Shown here: piece by piece, positions 1-7,532 of the stretch
Layout of the letters: each line of letters starts with the position of its first letter
Numbering within the stretch: the first letter of the stretch is position 1
Source of the DNA: a virus
Lineage: Duplodnaviria > Caudoviricetes
Virus record (IMG/VR): IMGVR_UViG_3300020043_003864
Coordinates: 1 to 26,565 of that record
Length of the DNA stretch: 26,565 nt
Strand: one strand, 5' to 3'
Position numbers and translations under genes: made by a program
Notes under the pieces: generated by a model
Told to the model about the DNA's origin: nothing
What the model saw: only the letters and a program-made list of their open reading frames with translations
Database searches by the model: none

Positions 1-15
1 AGCCTTTAATAGCAT
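1..15 (-). CDS. 5' end of a gene running off the left edge (MLLKA...), probably portal protein
   Basis: ATG at 15 lies just downstream of a TATATTTG element (32-39). Portal identity is inferred only from position after TerL. Confidence 0.35.
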
Positions 16-19
16 AGCA

Positions 20-40
20 TATTCGTTTTAACAAATATAC
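20..40 (-). promoter_or_regulatory. Bacteroidota-type promoter (-7 TATATTTG) within a 21-bp motif identical to 22715-22735
   Basis: Minus strand GTATATTTGTTAAAACGAATA matches the TAnnTTTG consensus. Confidence 0.7.
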
Positions 41-205
41 CTATTTATTTTTTTCTAAAAATGCAAGTCCATAAAACCAAATTACAACCATAACCACTCG
101 AGCCAACCAATGCCAGGTAAGTGGATTAAAATCTAGCGTTACAAACACGATTAATAGGTAAGTGATAAACATCAAAATAAGCGAGGCAATTGTTTCTTTT
201 GTCAT
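41..205 (-). CDS. small membrane protein (54 aa, 2 hydrophobic segments)
   Basis: Likely start is ATG 205 (MTKETIASL...), overlapping the TerL stop (ATGA), rather than 253. Confidence 0.6.
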   Translation of the reverse strand: MTKETIASLILMFITYLLIVFVTLDFNPLTWHWLARVVMVVIWFYGLAFLEKNK

Positions 206-1419
206 ATTGAGAAAGTGAATTTTGAGCCTAATAATAGTTCGGTAAATCCCCAAACAAGCGCGTCCACGCGGTCAGGCGATTTGCCTTTGTCAGGGTCAAA
301 AGTAATCATTTGATTTTCTAAGATTGGAAATTGGCCAATGTGATAAATTTTATTTTGCTCATAAAGAGAGTAAATAGGCTCAGCTCGAACGTACTTGCCC
401 TTGGTTGCATTTACAAGTTTTATTCTTGCGGTCGTATTTTGCGACCTCAAAACGCTCTCAACCATATCTCCTCCCATGTTTTTCTCTGCTACGATGCAAT
501 CGGCGTTCCAGCGTTCAAATGCTTTAACGGCAACGGATGCCCATTGGCTAGGCGAATACTTTCCGCTTAAATCCTCCAAGACATAACCGTTCCCAATTGA
601 ATCTTTAGCGCAAACAATTATCCCCGTTTCGTCAGAGTCTAAGTTAGCCGATGCCGCTGGGTCAACCGATACAACGATGCGCTCTAATTGTGGCGGATTA
701 GCCATTCTAAGGCGTTCTATTATTTGCCTATTCCATAGCATTCCCTCAGCGTCTTCGAGCCACTCGCCAAGAAATAAATGGTTGTATCGATGTAGGTTTT
801 CGGTCTGTGTCCTTTTAGCCTGGTCGATAAATGACTGGCTTAAATTTCGCTGGTTGTCTAAGTATGTCGTATGAATGTAGCTCGTGTCGTTTCTTTGATT
901 CTTTACGAATCGAGAATAAATCCAATGAGATTTAAAGCTAGGGTTCATTACTAAAATAACGCGATTTGGCTTGTTTACGGCACGAATAGAAAGGTCTATG
1001 CGGTCGAAAACATCCTCATCCATCAACTCCTCCGATTCGTCGAGAATAAAGGTTGTAACTCCAGCAATTGATTTAAGATTTGCCGTTGCCGTGCCTTGGC
1101 TGGTCTTAATCCCACGAAACAAAATCTTTGAGCCAGTTGCCTTGTTTATAATCTCGCTTTGTGTAATCTCAAAGTCCTCCGCTTTATTCATCAACTCGAT
1201 TTTGTCGATAAATTCAGGGATAATCGAAATAAAAGCCGATGTCAAAGTCCAACGAGTAAAGAGGATAACGTGTCCCTCTTCATAGGTTAGATTTAAAAGG
1301 AACATCGAGAGAGTCCAAGACTTTCCCGAACCACGACCGCCAGTTATTAGATAATACCTAGTTTTAGGTTGGTCTAAAAAAAGAGGCTGATATTTATCAA
1401 TTAATTGGATTTTATCCAT
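202..1419 (-). CDS. terL: terminase large subunit (PBSX/SPP1-like ATPase plus RNase H-like nuclease)
   Basis: Walker A GGRGSGKS, Walker B FILDESEE, coupling motif MNP, HTTYLDN, nuclease VSVDPA...DETG...SPDRVDA. Confidence 0.95.
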   Translation of the reverse strand: MDKIQLIDKYQPLFLDQPKTRYYLITGGRGSGKSWTLSMFLLNLTYEEGHVILFTRWTLTSAFISIIPEFIDKIELMNKAEDFEITQSEIINKATGSKILFRGIKTSQGTATANLKSIAGVTTFILDESEELMDEDVFDRIDLSIRAVNKPNRVILVMNPSFKSHWIYSRFVKNQRNDTSYIHTTYLDNQRNLSQSFIDQAKRTQTENLHRYNHLFLGEWLEDAEGMLWNRQIIERLRMANPPQLERIVVSVDPAASANLDSDETGIIVCAKDSIGNGYVLEDLSGKYSPSQWASVAVKAFERWNADCIVAEKNMGGDMVESVLRSQNTTARIKLVNATKGKYVRAEPIYSLYEQNKIYHIGQFPILENQMITFDPDKGKSPDRVDALVWGFTELLLGSKFTFSI

Positions 1420-1661
1420 TCGATTGGCGGTGTTACTTTTTCGCCTTGAGTTGTAACATCAATTGATTGCTTAGGCATACCAAAGCGGTAATTTAACCAA
1501 GTCTTGATTGCTTGAATGTCGCCGTCTTTGCATCTGCTCCAAAGCGCTTTCCATGCCTCTTCAGGAACTGCGATTGCGTCCATCTGCTCGATAATTTTAA
1601 TCTCATCTGCCTTTGGCCTTCTGCCACCTCCTGGCCTTGCTCCTCCGTGTCCGTTGCTCAT
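1401..1661 (-). CDS. terS: terminase small subunit-like protein
   Basis: Directly upstream of and overlapping terL. GGARPGGGR N-terminus, GDIQAIK...G.PKQSIDVT C-terminus. Confidence 0.7.
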   Translation of the reverse strand: MSNGHGGARPGGGRRPKADEIKIIEQMDAIAVPEEAWKALWSRCKDGDIQAIKTWLNYRFGMPKQSIDVTTQGEKVTPPIEWIKSN

Positions 1662-1686
1662 CTTGCAAAAATTTGTTTATCCAAGT

Positions 1687-1694
1687 CAAAGTTA
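1687..1694 (-). promoter_or_regulatory. -7 promoter element TAACTTTG upstream of terS
   Basis: Exact TAnnTTTG match, 26 nt above the terS ATG and immediately after a terminator U-tract. Confidence 0.55.
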
Positions 1695-1695
1695 T

Positions 1696-1729
1696 AAAAA
1701 AAAACCTTGACCACTTAGCCAAGGCTTTT
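1696..1729 (-). terminator. intrinsic terminator between early/middle genes and terminase
   Basis: Minus strand CCTTGGC-TAAGTG-GTCAAGG (one G-U pair) followed by a T9 run. Confidence 0.75.
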
Positions 1730-1754
1730 CCAGTTAACACTAACCCAAAACTAT

Positions 1755-2003
1755 TTATTTAAGTGTAATGACCTCGCCAGTCTTATTGCCAGCAAAGTCG
1801 CAAAGTACTCCATTCCATTCAAAGCGTACCTCTTTCTCTCTTAGTTGATAAGATGCCGCCAGCGTTCTAATTTGCCTTTGTACAAGCTCAATTGTCTCAA
1901 ACTTACCTTTCCCTTTATTTGACCAAGGCGACCATTGTCCGTCTCTTAGTCGGTAACGAATCTCAAGCGAGTAGTCGGTTTTAGTTGGTTGTATTCTCGG
2001 CAT
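1755..2003 (-). CDS. hypothetical protein
   Basis: 82-aa ORF overlapping the upstream gene in operon fashion. Confidence 0.65.
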   Translation of the reverse strand: MPRIQPTKTDYSLEIRYRLRDGQWSPWSNKGKGKFETIELVQRQIRTLAASYQLREKEVRFEWNGVLCDFAGNKTGEVITLK

Positions 2004-2199
2004 CTTTTCGTCTAATTATAACCTCCAACCCAATCTCCTCGCAAATCTGCCTTAATCTGTTTAGGCTTATGCTTTCCCAACCATTTTCAACCTGGTTAAT
2101 TGGAGCTAAGGATAGTCCGATTTTCTCGGACAACTGCTCTTGCGTATAACCAGCGGCTTTGCGTGCCTTTCGTATGAGTAACCCTTCGTAAATGCTCAT
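1981..2199 (-). CDS. XRE/Cro-C1 family helix-turn-helix regulator
   Basis: IRKARKAAGYTQEQLSEKIGLSLAPINQVENG is a classic HTH_3 pattern. Confidence 0.9.
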   Translation of the reverse strand: MSIYEGLLIRKARKAAGYTQEQLSEKIGLSLAPINQVENGWESISLNRLRQICEEIGLEVIIRRKDAENTTN

Positions 2200-2215
2200 T
2201 TGTTTAATCTTTAGG

Positions 2216-2243
2216 CAAATATAAGATTAGGATTATAATACAA
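2216..2243 (-). promoter_or_regulatory. Bacteroidota-type promoter TTG-N17-TATATTTG for the XRE gene
   Basis: -7 element at 2216-2223, TTG at 2241-2243. Confidence 0.65.
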
Positions 2244-2263
2244 GTTAAAAACTAGATTTTTGT

Positions 2264-2605
2264 TTAAAACGGCAATAAATTATAAATACCCATCTGTATA
2301 AACTCCTCGCCTTTCTTAACAATGCATTTGCGGACGTTTAACTCGTAAACATTGGAATCGTTAAAGCCGTATTTTTTCTGAGCCAAATCCAATAATAACT
2401 TTACGGGATTGTCAAGGTCAGACGCTTTGTTGCTAAATCCAAAGAAAAACTCAACCCTTAGCATTTGCGCTGGGTCAACCTTAGACGCTGGCATACGCAA
2501 AAGCATTGCCTTCTCGTAATCTTTGTAAGCTGGCGTTTTAAACCGCTTACCTTGCCAGGCTAAATTGACGCTCAAAGGCTTTTCGTTTATCTTAAATTCA
2601 ATCAT
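2264..2605 (-). CDS. rusA: RusA-like Holliday junction resolvase
   Basis: KPLSVN...DLDNPVKLLLD...ND motif typical of RusA. Confidence 0.85.
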   Translation of the reverse strand: MIEFKINEKPLSVNLAWQGKRFKTPAYKDYEKAMLLRMPASKVDPAQMLRVEFFFGFSNKASDLDNPVKLLLDLAQKKYGFNDSNVYELNVRKCIVKKGEEFIQMGIYNLLPF

Positions 2606-2751
2606 TTACATTTGCTATAAACCCAAGACCAAGCCAAAGTCCACAAAGCCAAAGCCACCACAAATAGCAGCAAGCTAGAAACCTTTAGTAACGCCAGTAG
2701 GGTAATCCCTACCAACGCCGCAAAGATTGCGTATAAATCATTTTTTTTCAT
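2602..2751 (-). CDS. small membrane peptide (49 aa, not in ORF track)
   Basis: MKKNDLYAIFAALVGITLLALLKVSSLLLFVVALALWTLAWSWVYSKCK. Start and stop overlap both neighbours. Confidence 0.7.
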   Translation of the reverse strand: MKKNDLYAIFAALVGITLLALLKVSSLLLFVVALALWTLAWSWVYSKCK

Positions 2752-3023
2752 TAGAAAGGCAAAGTATCGGTTTCATCAATTCGTTTCTCTAATGGCTTGT
2801 TTGCCACTTGTACTGGCTTCCAGTCGTCTACCTCCAAGTAATGTGTCGGCTTGCCTTCTACTTTCTCTTGCTTTTCCTTTAATACCAGGTTTACCCATTC
2901 TGAATCGTTTGCGTTTAGGTATGCCAATAGCTTTTCTAAGTCGCTACGGCTTTGGCTAATCTTTGTCATTTCGCCAAACTTGGTTTGGATAATCTTTGCG
3001 TTTCCGCCGTAAATCTTGCTCAT
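2751..3023 (-). CDS. putative single-stranded DNA-binding protein
   Basis: Small beta-rich protein with an acidic ...DETDTLPF tail, in the replication module. Confidence 0.5.
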   Translation of the reverse strand: MSKIYGGNAKIIQTKFGEMTKISQSRSDLEKLLAYLNANDSEWVNLVLKEKQEKVEGKPTHYLEVDDWKPVQVANKPLEKRIDETDTLPF

Positions 3024-3034
3024 AATCGTTTTTT

Positions 3035-4126
3035 TTAGTTGTTTAATTTATTTATCCATTGGTTGTAAATTTCTGTTGCAATTTGTGCGGTCATTATTGG
3101 AGGAACTGACATACCAACTATGTAAGCATATTTATTTCCGTTAAAATCATAATCTTGAGGGAAAGTACCTATGCAACAAACCTCATATTTATTTGGCTTT
3201 CTTGGCTCATCAAATAAAACACAAGCATCCTCATTTGATGTAAAAGTTAAAGGTACATTTTCTAATTTTAAATATTTATTATTCCAAAATTTCATAACTC
3301 CTTCTCTTTGAGCGGCGTTACTCATATCCATATCTTCAGGTAATCTTAAATTCCACAACCTTAAAGCTTCTTGACCTGTTAACATCCTGTCATTTTCTGA
3401 ATTTTTTATGTAAAAATCTTTAAAACGGATAGATTTTTCATTGAAATATAATTTAAGATTAGGCAATTGAGTAAAGAAATCAACCTGTTGCAAAAATGGT
3501 TTTGCTAAATCTTTTCTGAGACAAATAAAAAAAACTCTTTCTCTTCTTTGAGGGACTCCCATTTTTGATGCATCTAAAAGCCAATGCTGACAATAATAAC
3601 CAGCCTCATCAAATGCTTTATAAATCTTTTTAACATATTCGATTGCATTACCTATTAACAATCCTTTTACATTTTCAGCAACAACAACTTTTGGTTGTAG
3701 TTTTTTTGCCAAATCTATAAAGTCAAAAAACAATGTATCTAGTACCTGGTCGGCTTGGCCTTCTCTAAATTTCTTCTCTTTTCCCCAATCGTCTTCACGA
3801 TTTCCAGCCATTGAAAAAGAACTGCAAGGAGGAGACCCATCTAATATATCTAAATCATAAAGTTCTTTTGGTAAATCATCTCTTAGTTTAAAAGTTTGAA
3901 TTGGCTCTAAAAAAGCAAATTTTGGATTGTGATTGGTTTTATATACCTCAATCATTTTTGGGTCTATTTCATTGCAACCTAAAACATCAAATCCAGCTAA
4001 TTTATAACCCATTGTAGAACCTCCACCACAAGCAAAACAAGAAAAAACTTTGCCTTTATCTTTAGTAAAAACTGAATCTTTTAAATTCCATTTATATGGG
4101 AATCTGTGATGATTATTATTTTTCAT
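3035..4126 (-). CDS. C5 cytosine DNA methyltransferase (orphan)
   Basis: Motif I FACGGG, catalytic SPPC, ENV, QRRERVF, terminal GMSVPP. Confidence 0.93.
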   Translation of the reverse strand: MKNNNHHRFPYKWNLKDSVFTKDKGKVFSCFACGGGSTMGYKLAGFDVLGCNEIDPKMIEVYKTNHNPKFAFLEPIQTFKLRDDLPKELYDLDILDGSPPCSSFSMAGNREDDWGKEKKFREGQADQVLDTLFFDFIDLAKKLQPKVVVAENVKGLLIGNAIEYVKKIYKAFDEAGYYCQHWLLDASKMGVPQRRERVFFICLRKDLAKPFLQQVDFFTQLPNLKLYFNEKSIRFKDFYIKNSENDRMLTGQEALRLWNLRLPEDMDMSNAAQREGVMKFWNNKYLKLENVPLTFTSNEDACVLFDEPRKPNKYEVCCIGTFPQDYDFNGNKYAYIVGMSVPPIMTAQIATEIYNQWINKLNN

Positions 4127-4144
4127 TAGAAATGATATTCAATT

Positions 4145-4324
4145 TTAGTTAATAGTTATTTTAATGGTGTTAAACTTTGTTTCAGATTTCATTGAATCGC
4201 TATGCTCAATCAAAATGTTTGAGTCAAAAGCTATCTTTTTGCGCTGGCAAAACATTTCTATTTGTCTAACCAATTGCGGCCCTTTCTTTTCTTTTCTGTT
4301 TGATAAAAAATAGGTAGTTGGCAT
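4145..4324 (-). CDS. hypothetical protein (59 aa, not in ORF track)
   Basis: MPTTYFLSNRKEKKGPQLVRQIEMFC... fills the gap between helicase and methyltransferase. Confidence 0.55.
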   Translation of the reverse strand: MPTTYFLSNRKEKKGPQLVRQIEMFCQRKKIAFDSNILIEHSDSMKSETKFNTIKITIN

Positions 4325-4326
4325 TT

Positions 4327-5376
4327 TTAAAATGGGGATTTAGTTTCTGTTTCAAACTCAAAATTATTTGTTCCCAAATTGGGAAACTTTTCTACTCCTG
4401 GGAATTGATGGCTTTTAACATTTGCGTTTGCAAAGTAATCGAATCCGTCTTTACCAATGTACCGGTTGCGTTTTCTGTTAAAATCAATTGTAATCTCGAA
4501 AGGTATTCCAACCAGCTTTTGTTTCTTAATCTTATCCGTCTTAATTATTACCGTTGTATCGTTAGGGTCGGTTGCTCTATTCGGTCTCCAAACGCTTATT
4601 GTATTGTCGGTCGAATCTGCAAAGGTACCCCCCCCCTTTATTTGGTAGAGACTTGGAGGAGGATAATTGCCGTCCTTCTCTTTTCGTGGTGTTGTTTGGT
4701 GCATGACCAAGTGATAGCTTACATTATTCTTTCGGGTAAAATTAATTCTATCCATCATAAAGCGAGAGGCATACAAATGCTCTTGCTCTCCTGGACTCAT
4801 CTCGTGGCGGATTTTTATGTACGGGTCAACAATTACCGCGTTAACTCCTCTCTCCCAAACTAGAAACTCAAAGACGCTTTCAATCTGTTCTATCCTAAAG
4901 TCAGGTACTCCGTTTTTTTCAGGATAAACAAAAAAGAAATTATCCTTTACCAAATCAAAGGCATTTAAATACTCCTCTTCGCTAAGGTCAAAATTCTTGT
5001 AAGCTCGGTCAGTACTCTTGCCAGTTATCGTGTGTATAATGTCATCAAAAAACTCGTCAGGAGGATAATTTTCAGGCGAGAAAAAAGCAAACTTCCAACC
5101 TTCGTTTATTGCCTTTAGGACGCAAAGAAAAATAAGGAATTGACTTTTACCTTCGTTGTTGTAACCCGTCCACAAGTTAAACTCTCCAGCCTTCCAAGAC
5201 CACATCTTATTTTGCAATCCTCCGCTAGTTACCTGGTCTATATCTCTTACATAGGTTTTGCTTCCAGCCTCTTTGCCTTTACGGAAATTGTTTAGCATTG
5301 ACTCGCGTTGGCCAGCAAATGTCTTAATTGATGCCTCGCAAAAATCTAGGTCGAACTCTTTGTTATGTTTTTTCAT
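4327..5376 (-). CDS. SF4 (DnaB/T7 gp4/Twinkle-like) replicative helicase, no primase domain
   Basis: Walker A TGYNNEGKS, FFSPE, VIVDPY, LVMH, L..IKGGGTFADSTDN. Confidence 0.85.
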   Translation of the reverse strand: MKKHNKEFDLDFCEASIKTFAGQRESMLNNFRKGKEAGSKTYVRDIDQVTSGGLQNKMWSWKAGEFNLWTGYNNEGKSQFLIFLCVLKAINEGWKFAFFSPENYPPDEFFDDIIHTITGKSTDRAYKNFDLSEEEYLNAFDLVKDNFFFVYPEKNGVPDFRIEQIESVFEFLVWERGVNAVIVDPYIKIRHEMSPGEQEHLYASRFMMDRINFTRKNNVSYHLVMHQTTPRKEKDGNYPPPSLYQIKGGGTFADSTDNTISVWRPNRATDPNDTTVIIKTDKIKKQKLVGIPFEITIDFNRKRNRYIGKDGFDYFANANVKSHQFPGVEKFPNLGTNNFEFETETKSPF

Positions 5377-5675
5377 TCAAAAAAGTATTTGTCAATTTCA
5401 GTTTTAAGTTCGTTGTATTTGCCTTGCTTCTTGGCTAGGTCTGTAAACCATTGCTTCTCAAATATCCTATTTTGCCTTGCCTCTTCTTGCAATGCTAATT
5501 TAGTACCTTTTACCTCGTAATCTTGTAAATTTATAATATTGACGTACTTTTTTTGTAGAGCGTACAACCTTTTTAGGTTTACTTCCATTAAGGCCCAATT
5601 CTTAGTTTGCTGAGCTTGTACAATCAATCCCCAAACATTTCTATTTAGGTCGTTTAATTCTTTTATCTCTTTCAT
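5373..5675 (-). CDS. hypothetical coiled-coil protein between initiator and helicase
   Basis: 100-aa helical ORF coupled to the helicase gene. Confidence 0.65.
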   Translation of the reverse strand: MKEIKELNDLNRNVWGLIVQAQQTKNWALMEVNLKRLYALQKKYVNIINLQDYEVKGTKLALQEEARQNRIFEKQWFTDLAKKQGKYNELKTEIDKYFFE

Positions 5676-5676
5676 C

Positions 5677-6387
5677 TTACCACCAGTTGTCTTCTATTGT
5701 TGATTTAGCGTATTTAGGAGGCTCAATTTCTTTTGTGCCTTGATTGCTGGTTAAACTATTTTTCAAGTAAAGATTAAATGAGTTCTGAGCTTTGCTTATT
5801 GTCATTGCTTCTCCTTCCTTCAATATTTTCCATTTAGTGAAATAGTCTTTTACCTGGCTTTCACTTATTCCGTGTATTTCTTGCATTCTTAAAAAGTAAG
5901 GTCTTTGCATTGGCTTCTCCTTTGCCATCTCTTGAGTAATCTCATCCAAAGAGATAAACATTTCTTTACTTATTTCCTTCTCTAATTCTTTTACTTCTTT
6001 AGTTGGTTTCACTTGCGTTTCACTTGCGTTTCGTGTGCGTTTCACTTTCGTTTCACTATCGTTTCGCTCACCTTGGTAAGTGTCATATTTACAGATAGTT
6101 ATCCGTGTCGTAACCGTTTCGCTTTTTAACACAATCATTGAATCTTTCTCCAGCATTTTTAAAAACCTCAAAACTTTAGATTTGTTAATTTTCCATCTAT
6201 TTGCCCAGGTTTCATAAGAATAAACAACCTCTCCTCGGTTGATTTCTATAAGCTGGTTTTTAATTAAAACCTTCTTTGGTTCAATGTTGGCTTGCATCAA
6301 AATGTCCAACCACCATTTTAAATATTCGGGTTTATCCCAAATCCAATGGTTTGATAATTGCCTGTGTACCTTAATCCATCCGCTCAT
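5677..6387 (-). CDS. phage replication initiator / replisome organiser (lambda O-like role)
   Basis: N-terminal GWIKVHR...W...YLKWWLDILMQAN...RGE...winged-helix pattern, internal tandem iterons, upstream of helicase. Confidence 0.8.
   Translation of the reverse strand: MSGWIKVHRQLSNHWIWDKPEYLKWWLDILMQANIEPKKVLIKNQLIEINRGEVVYSYETWANRWKINKSKVLRFLKMLEKDSMIVLKSETVTTRITICKYDTYQGERNDSETKVKRTRNASETQVKPTKEVKELEKEISKEMFISLDEITQEMAKEKPMQRPYFLRMQEIHGISESQVKDYFTKWKILKEGEAMTISKAQNSFNLYLKNSLTSNQGTKEIEPPKYAKSTIEDNWW
6006..6071. repeat. six tandem 11-bp iterons (GTTTCACTTGC consensus), putative origin of replication
   Basis: Units start at 6006, 6017, 6028, 6039, 6050 and 6061. An AT-rich pyrimidine tract lies adjacent at ~5955-6000. 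Confidence 0.8.
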
Positions 6388-6485
6388 AAGTAAAATAAAA
6401 AAGGCCCTATCGTGTCGGAGTCGATGGGCCTTGGGTGAATTTCACCTATGAAAGATTCAAGGCTCCGACCTCTTAAATCTCTCAT
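6384..6485 (-). CDS. putative 33-aa leader peptide coupled to the initiator
   Basis: MRDLRGRSLESFIGEIHPRPIDSDTIGPFLFYL*. Its TGA overlaps the initiator ATG (ATGA). Confidence 0.35.
   Translation of the reverse strand: MRDLRGRSLESFIGEIHPRPIDSDTIGPFLFYL
6397..6432 (-). terminator. intrinsic terminator/attenuator immediately upstream of the initiator ATG
   Basis: AAGGCCC-ATCG / CGAT-A-GGGCCTT stem ending in a U6 run. Confidence 0.7.
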
Positions 6486-6488
6486 TTA
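6397..6488 (-). ncRNA. structured cis-regulatory leader RNA (three hairpins, kissing loops, terminator)
   Basis: 14-bp stem 6448-6485 with two G-U pairs on the minus strand, small hairpin 6434-6446, terminator 6397-6432, complementary loops GUCGGAG/CUCCGAC. Confidence 0.7.
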
Positions 6489-6493
6489 ATATA

Positions 6494-6521
6494 CAAATAT
6501 AAACCTTTTCGATTTAACCAA
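6494..6521 (-). promoter_or_regulatory. promoter TTG-N17-TATATTTG driving the leader RNA and replication operon
   Basis: -7 element at 6494-6501, TTG at 6519-6521. Confidence 0.7.
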
Positions 6522-6663
6522 CCAGCGAGCGCTTCTTTAGTTGAAAATAAATACAACCGTAAGAAAGTCCCATTTCTTGAGCTATAACCTTAATTTGCTT
6601 TCTGTCTTGCCAGGCCTCAAATATTAGCTCCTTTTGATAATCAGTTAGATTTCGTCCCCTCAT
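6514..6663 (-). CDS. small helix-turn-helix protein (49 aa, not in ORF track)
   Basis: MRGRNLTDYQKELIFEAWQDRKQIKVIAQEMGLSYGCIYFQLKKRSLVG. IA.EMGLS...IY is an HTH pattern. Confidence 0.75.
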   Translation of the reverse strand: MRGRNLTDYQKELIFEAWQDRKQIKVIAQEMGLSYGCIYFQLKKRSLVG

Positions 6664-7006
6664 TATTATCTAAAATTAGTTCTATGGCATTTAAGCAATC
6701 GTGAAACAAAGAGCCGCCTTTGTCAATCGAATGATGCAGCTTTTCAAACAAGGTTACGAACTCGTGAAATTGCTTAATTGTAGCCTCTCCTCCGTCGTAA
6801 TTCTCTAAGAATCTAAACGCCTCGGTTGACTTTCTTTTAAGCGCGTTAATCATGTTTTTGTGCTTAGTTTTTAGGTCGCCGTCGAATGCTTTTAACATCG
6901 TTACGTCTTCGTAATAATCCAACATGATTTCTTGCAACGCGAGGTAAACCAAATACTTTTGGGTCGCCCTGTGATTTAGTTCTAATATTATTTCCTCTCT
7001 TGTCAT
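6641..7006 (-). CDS. hypothetical protein
   Basis: 121-aa ORF overlapping its neighbours. Confidence 0.7.
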   Translation of the reverse strand: MTREEIILELNHRATQKYLVYLALQEIMLDYYEDVTMLKAFDGDLKTKHKNMINALKRKSTEAFRFLENYDGGEATIKQFHEFVTLFEKLHHSIDKGGSLFHDCLNAIELILDNNEGTKSN

Positions 7007-7215
7007 TTCTTTAGAATATAGCGTGCAACTCTTTTTCCATTTTCTAAAGTAACCATGTCGGTTACCACGTTTAAACCTTTGTCTCTTAGGTTTGCAATCC
7101 TAGCAGCAAGCCTAAAGCATCCAAAGTGGGTTAAAGCTTCGAGCTGAGTAAGGGAATGGCCATTTAATAGCCATCCCTTGATTAATGCGTTTTGTGAGTC
7201 GGTCGATTCCATCAA
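7003..7215 (-). CDS. winged helix-turn-helix protein
   Basis: LLNGHSLTQLEAL..FGCFRLAARI.NLR..G pattern common in phage wHTH proteins. Confidence 0.8.
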   Translation of the reverse strand: MMESTDSQNALIKGWLLNGHSLTQLEALTHFGCFRLAARIANLRDKGLNVVTDMVTLENGKRVARYILKK

Positions 7216-7511
7216 TTTAAATAGTTTAATAGTTCAACACTTGCTTTGGTATACTCGTCCTTAAATTCTTGCTCGCTAATTGGAATTAATTCCTGTTTAA
7301 TAGTTTCGTCGTACCAGCGGCCAGCAGAATAGCTAATTGGATGGATTGAAATCTCAGGATAAATAAGTAATGTATTTTCTAGCCTAGACTTTACAAACAA
7401 GTAATTTTTGTCGTCCAAAATCATTTGGTAGTGATGAGCAATTTTAAAGTACTTTGGTATTTCAAAATCGGTTTCTACAAAATGCGTGGTTTTAATTTTA
7501 ATCGTTTCCAT
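7212..7511 (-). CDS. hypothetical protein
   Basis: 99-aa ORF preceded by the conserved early-gene leader motif. Confidence 0.7.
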   Translation of the reverse strand: METIKIKTTHFVETDFEIPKYFKIAHHYQMILDDKNYLFVKSRLENTLLIYPEISIHPISYSAGRWYDETIKQELIPISEQEFKDEYTKASVELLNYLN

Positions 7512-7532
7512 AGGTGTGTTTGGTTTTGGGGT

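Noticed and set aside
331-1710. Plus-strand ORFs opposite terL/terS
   Set aside because: Antisense shadows of well-supported minus-strand genes with no motifs.
4628-4636. G9 run (minus strand) in the helicase as a phase-variation site
   Set aside because: Encodes the Gly-rich helicase motif in an intact, probably essential gene, with no evidence of switching.
4318-4863. 181-aa plus-strand ORF
   Set aside because: Almost wholly antisense to the helicase, with no recognisable features.
6006-6071. Tandem repeats as a mini-CRISPR array
   Set aside because: 11-bp units without spacers, inside a CDS. Iterons fit better.
6397-6488. Leader RNA as a tRNA or known metabolite riboswitch
   Set aside because: No cloverleaf or T-loop/CCA, and no aptamer consensus I recognise. 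Kept as an unassigned structured RNA.
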